IMG/VR virus record: IMGVR_UViG_3300005964_000055
Coordinates: 1 to 5,855 of that record
Strand: one strand, 5' to 3'
Length of the DNA stretch: 5,855 nucleotides
The notes beneath the pieces were generated by a model. The model made no database searches and was not told the origin of the DNA. It saw only the letters and a list, made by a program, of their open reading frames with translations. How positions within the stretch are numbered: the first letter of the stretch is position 1; each line of letters begins with the position of its first letter. Shown here piece by piece: positions 4,321-5,855 of the stretch. Position numbers and translations under genes: made by a program.

Positions 4321-5855
4321 TTAGGCACATTGGTTATTTATAATTTTTGCATTTCCAGAAATATGTACTCCGCCAGAATTCTGTTTACAAATTAAATTTT
4401 CTATTACTGAATTATCATATAAATATATATTACCAACATTATCTTCTATATATAAAGTATTTATATATGCATTATTAAATAAAAATATACCGGCATTATT
4501 AAGTCCTATATTTACTAAATTTATACTTGTATAATCATATAAATTAATACTACCATTTTCAATTTGTATATTAATTTTATTAACAAATGAATTATTATAT
4601 AAATCCAATTCGCCATTATGAACTTGTATATTTATTGAATTTATATATGAATTATTATTAAGTTCTATATTTCCATTATTTGTTCCTATAATGAGAGAAT
4701 TTATAGATGCGTTATCTTGTAATTGTATAAATCCTTGATTTATGTATATTATAAAATTTGCAATTGTACCATAAATAGTGATAGATTGTAAATTATTATA
4801 AATTAGGAAATTTTTAATATAGACATTAGTTGGAATTGTAATATCAATTTGTGGACTTGAAATTAAAACATTTAGAAATGTATTAATTGAGTTTAATAAA
4901 TTATTAAATTCATTTCCAGTACAACTAAGCAAAAAGTATTGATTATGATTAAAAGTTAGAAATTGATTAACATTATAAACTATATCTGCAAATTGTGAAG
5001 CTTTTACTACTTGATCATGTTGAACATAAGAAAGTCTTTTTTGTAATTTTATGTTATTTTCATTTGCTAATTCTATGATAGCATTTATTAATTTATTGAA
5101 ATCGTTAGCTGTTAATGGAGTTCCTTTTTTTGCATGTAAAAGTGGAGTAAATGGATATGGTTGAAAGTTTTGGTAAAAGTTATAGAATTCATTGATTGCG
5201 GAATATATATATTCTGGATATGGAAATTGTATCAAATAATTAATATATTTATAAACACTGTAAGCTAAATATAAATCTTCTACGATTTCATTCCATAGTT
5301 TTGAAGATATTATAGAATATTTAGTTGGAGGAGATAATAATTTTGCAATTTGATAAACTGATTTACATGGTAAAACACATGGCAATAATTTAGAAGTTGA
5401 TTGACATGAAGTAGAAGAAGTAATAGAATATGATATATTATTACTATTTAGAAAATCTATTACTTGTTGATTTCCAATAAATGTAATTTCTGCTGTTAAA
5501 TATGCACCGAAATAAGGACATGTGGTCGGTGTTACGAATTCTACAGTTGTATTACTTGTAGGATAAAATGCTTGACAAGTTATAATTACTAATTGATTAT
5601 TTAGATCATTTAATGAAATTGCTGAAACATAATTTGAATTATTACATGTAGTTCCTATTGTATGACTTTGACCTTGATAGCATGCACAAAAATCTGTTTC
5701 AAATTGTCCATCAAAATTATTAATTATAGTTTCACTTTCAATTGACGAAATTGTTGTATTTTCAAAAGTCATAGTTAAATTTGGAACAATTTGACAACTT
5801 CCAACATTAATTAAATTAACTCCTTGTGGATAAATTAAAATTAACATGTAGTAGA
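4321..5855 (-). CDS. Large minor virion/fibre protein with C-terminal beta-solenoid, probably 5'-truncated (resembles the ~560-aa rudiviral structural protein)
   Basis: 508 aa from ATG 5847, but the frame stays open to the window edge (TAC TAC ATG), so the true start is probably upstream. It has a Cys/Thr-rich N-terminal region, four helical motif repeats and Asn/Ile-rich 20-aa repeats. Homology to the SIRV protein is from recalled synteny only. Confidence 0.75.
   Translation of the reverse strand, partial: YYMLILIYPQGVNLINVGSCQIVPNLTMTFENTTISSIESETIINNFDGQFETDFCACYQGQSHTIGTTCNNSNYVSAISLNDLNNQLVIITCQAFYPTSNTTVEFVTPTTCPYFGAYLTAEITFIGNQQVIDFLNSNNISYSITSSTSCQSTSKLLPCVLPCKSVYQIAKLLSPPTKYSIISSKLWNEIVEDLYLAYSVYKYINYLIQFPYPEYIYSAINEFYNFYQNFQPYPFTPLLHAKKGTPLTANDFNKLINAIIELANENNIKLQKRLSYVQHDQVVKASQFADIVYNVNQFLTFNHNQYFLLSCTGNEFNNLLNSINTFLNVLISSPQIDITIPTNVYIKNFLIYNNLQSITIYGTIANFIIYINQGFIQLQDNASINSLIIGTNNGNIELNNNSYINSINIQVHNGELDLYNNSFVNKINIQIENGSINLYDYTSINLVNIGLNNAGIFLFNNAYINTLYIEDNVGNIYLYDNSVIENLICKQNSGGVHISGNAKIINNQCA
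4345..4764 (-). repeat. Seven tandem 20-aa (60-nt) beta-solenoid repeats
   Basis: IANFIIYINQGFIQLQDNAS / INSLIIGTNNGNIELNNNSY / INSINIQVHNGELDLYNNSF / VNKINIQIENGSINLYDYTS / INLVNIGLNNAGIFLFNNAY / INTLYIEDNVGNIYLYDNSV / IENLICKQNSGGVHISGNAK: exact 20-aa period with no indels. Confidence 0.9.

Larger units (their letters stand above)
1..5855. mobile_element. Segment of an archaeal rod-shaped virus genome (Rudiviridae, SIRV-like)
   Basis: Low GC, GGTGA SD sites, GTC promoter elements, and the cluster of permease, GT-B, GT-A, ~307-aa ORF, 158-aa MTase and large structural protein as recalled for Sulfolobus islandicus rod-shaped viruses. Confidence 0.85.

Noticed and set aside
4345-4764. 60-nt periodicity as a CRISPR mini-array or diversity-generating retroelement target
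   Set aside because: Periodicity is at the protein level with diverged DNA; no identical repeats with spacers, no template/variable repeat pair and no reverse transcriptase in the window.
4321-5847. About nine N-x-S/T sequons in the large protein as evidence of N-glycosylation
   Set aside because: Expected by chance in an Asn/Ser/Thr-rich protein, and cytoplasmic virion assembly argues against access to host AglB.

Overview
Very AT-rich (roughly 25% GC by eye), densely coded segment whose gene set matches the core of a Sulfolobales rod-shaped virus (Rudiviridae, SIRV1/SIRV2-like). This assignment rests on gene content and recalled synteny, not on a database search. Left to right: the 5' part of an APC-family amino-acid permease (minus strand, runs off the left edge, missed by the ORF track); a divergently transcribed 125-aa hypothetical protein; a minus-strand pair of glycosyltransferases (GT-A fold 201 aa, GT-B/GT4 354 aa); a plus-strand run of a 307-aa fibre-like protein, a 56-aa Cys-repeat microprotein and a 158-aa FkbM-like SAM methyltransferase; and a convergent, 5'-truncated large structural protein with four helical motif repeats and seven 20-aa beta-solenoid repeats. 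Three promoters share a TATA + GTCAT(A/G)AA element 22-23 nt upstream of the ATG. The main hypothesis is a viral glycosylation plus glycan O-methylation module interleaved with two fibre genes that share a motif.
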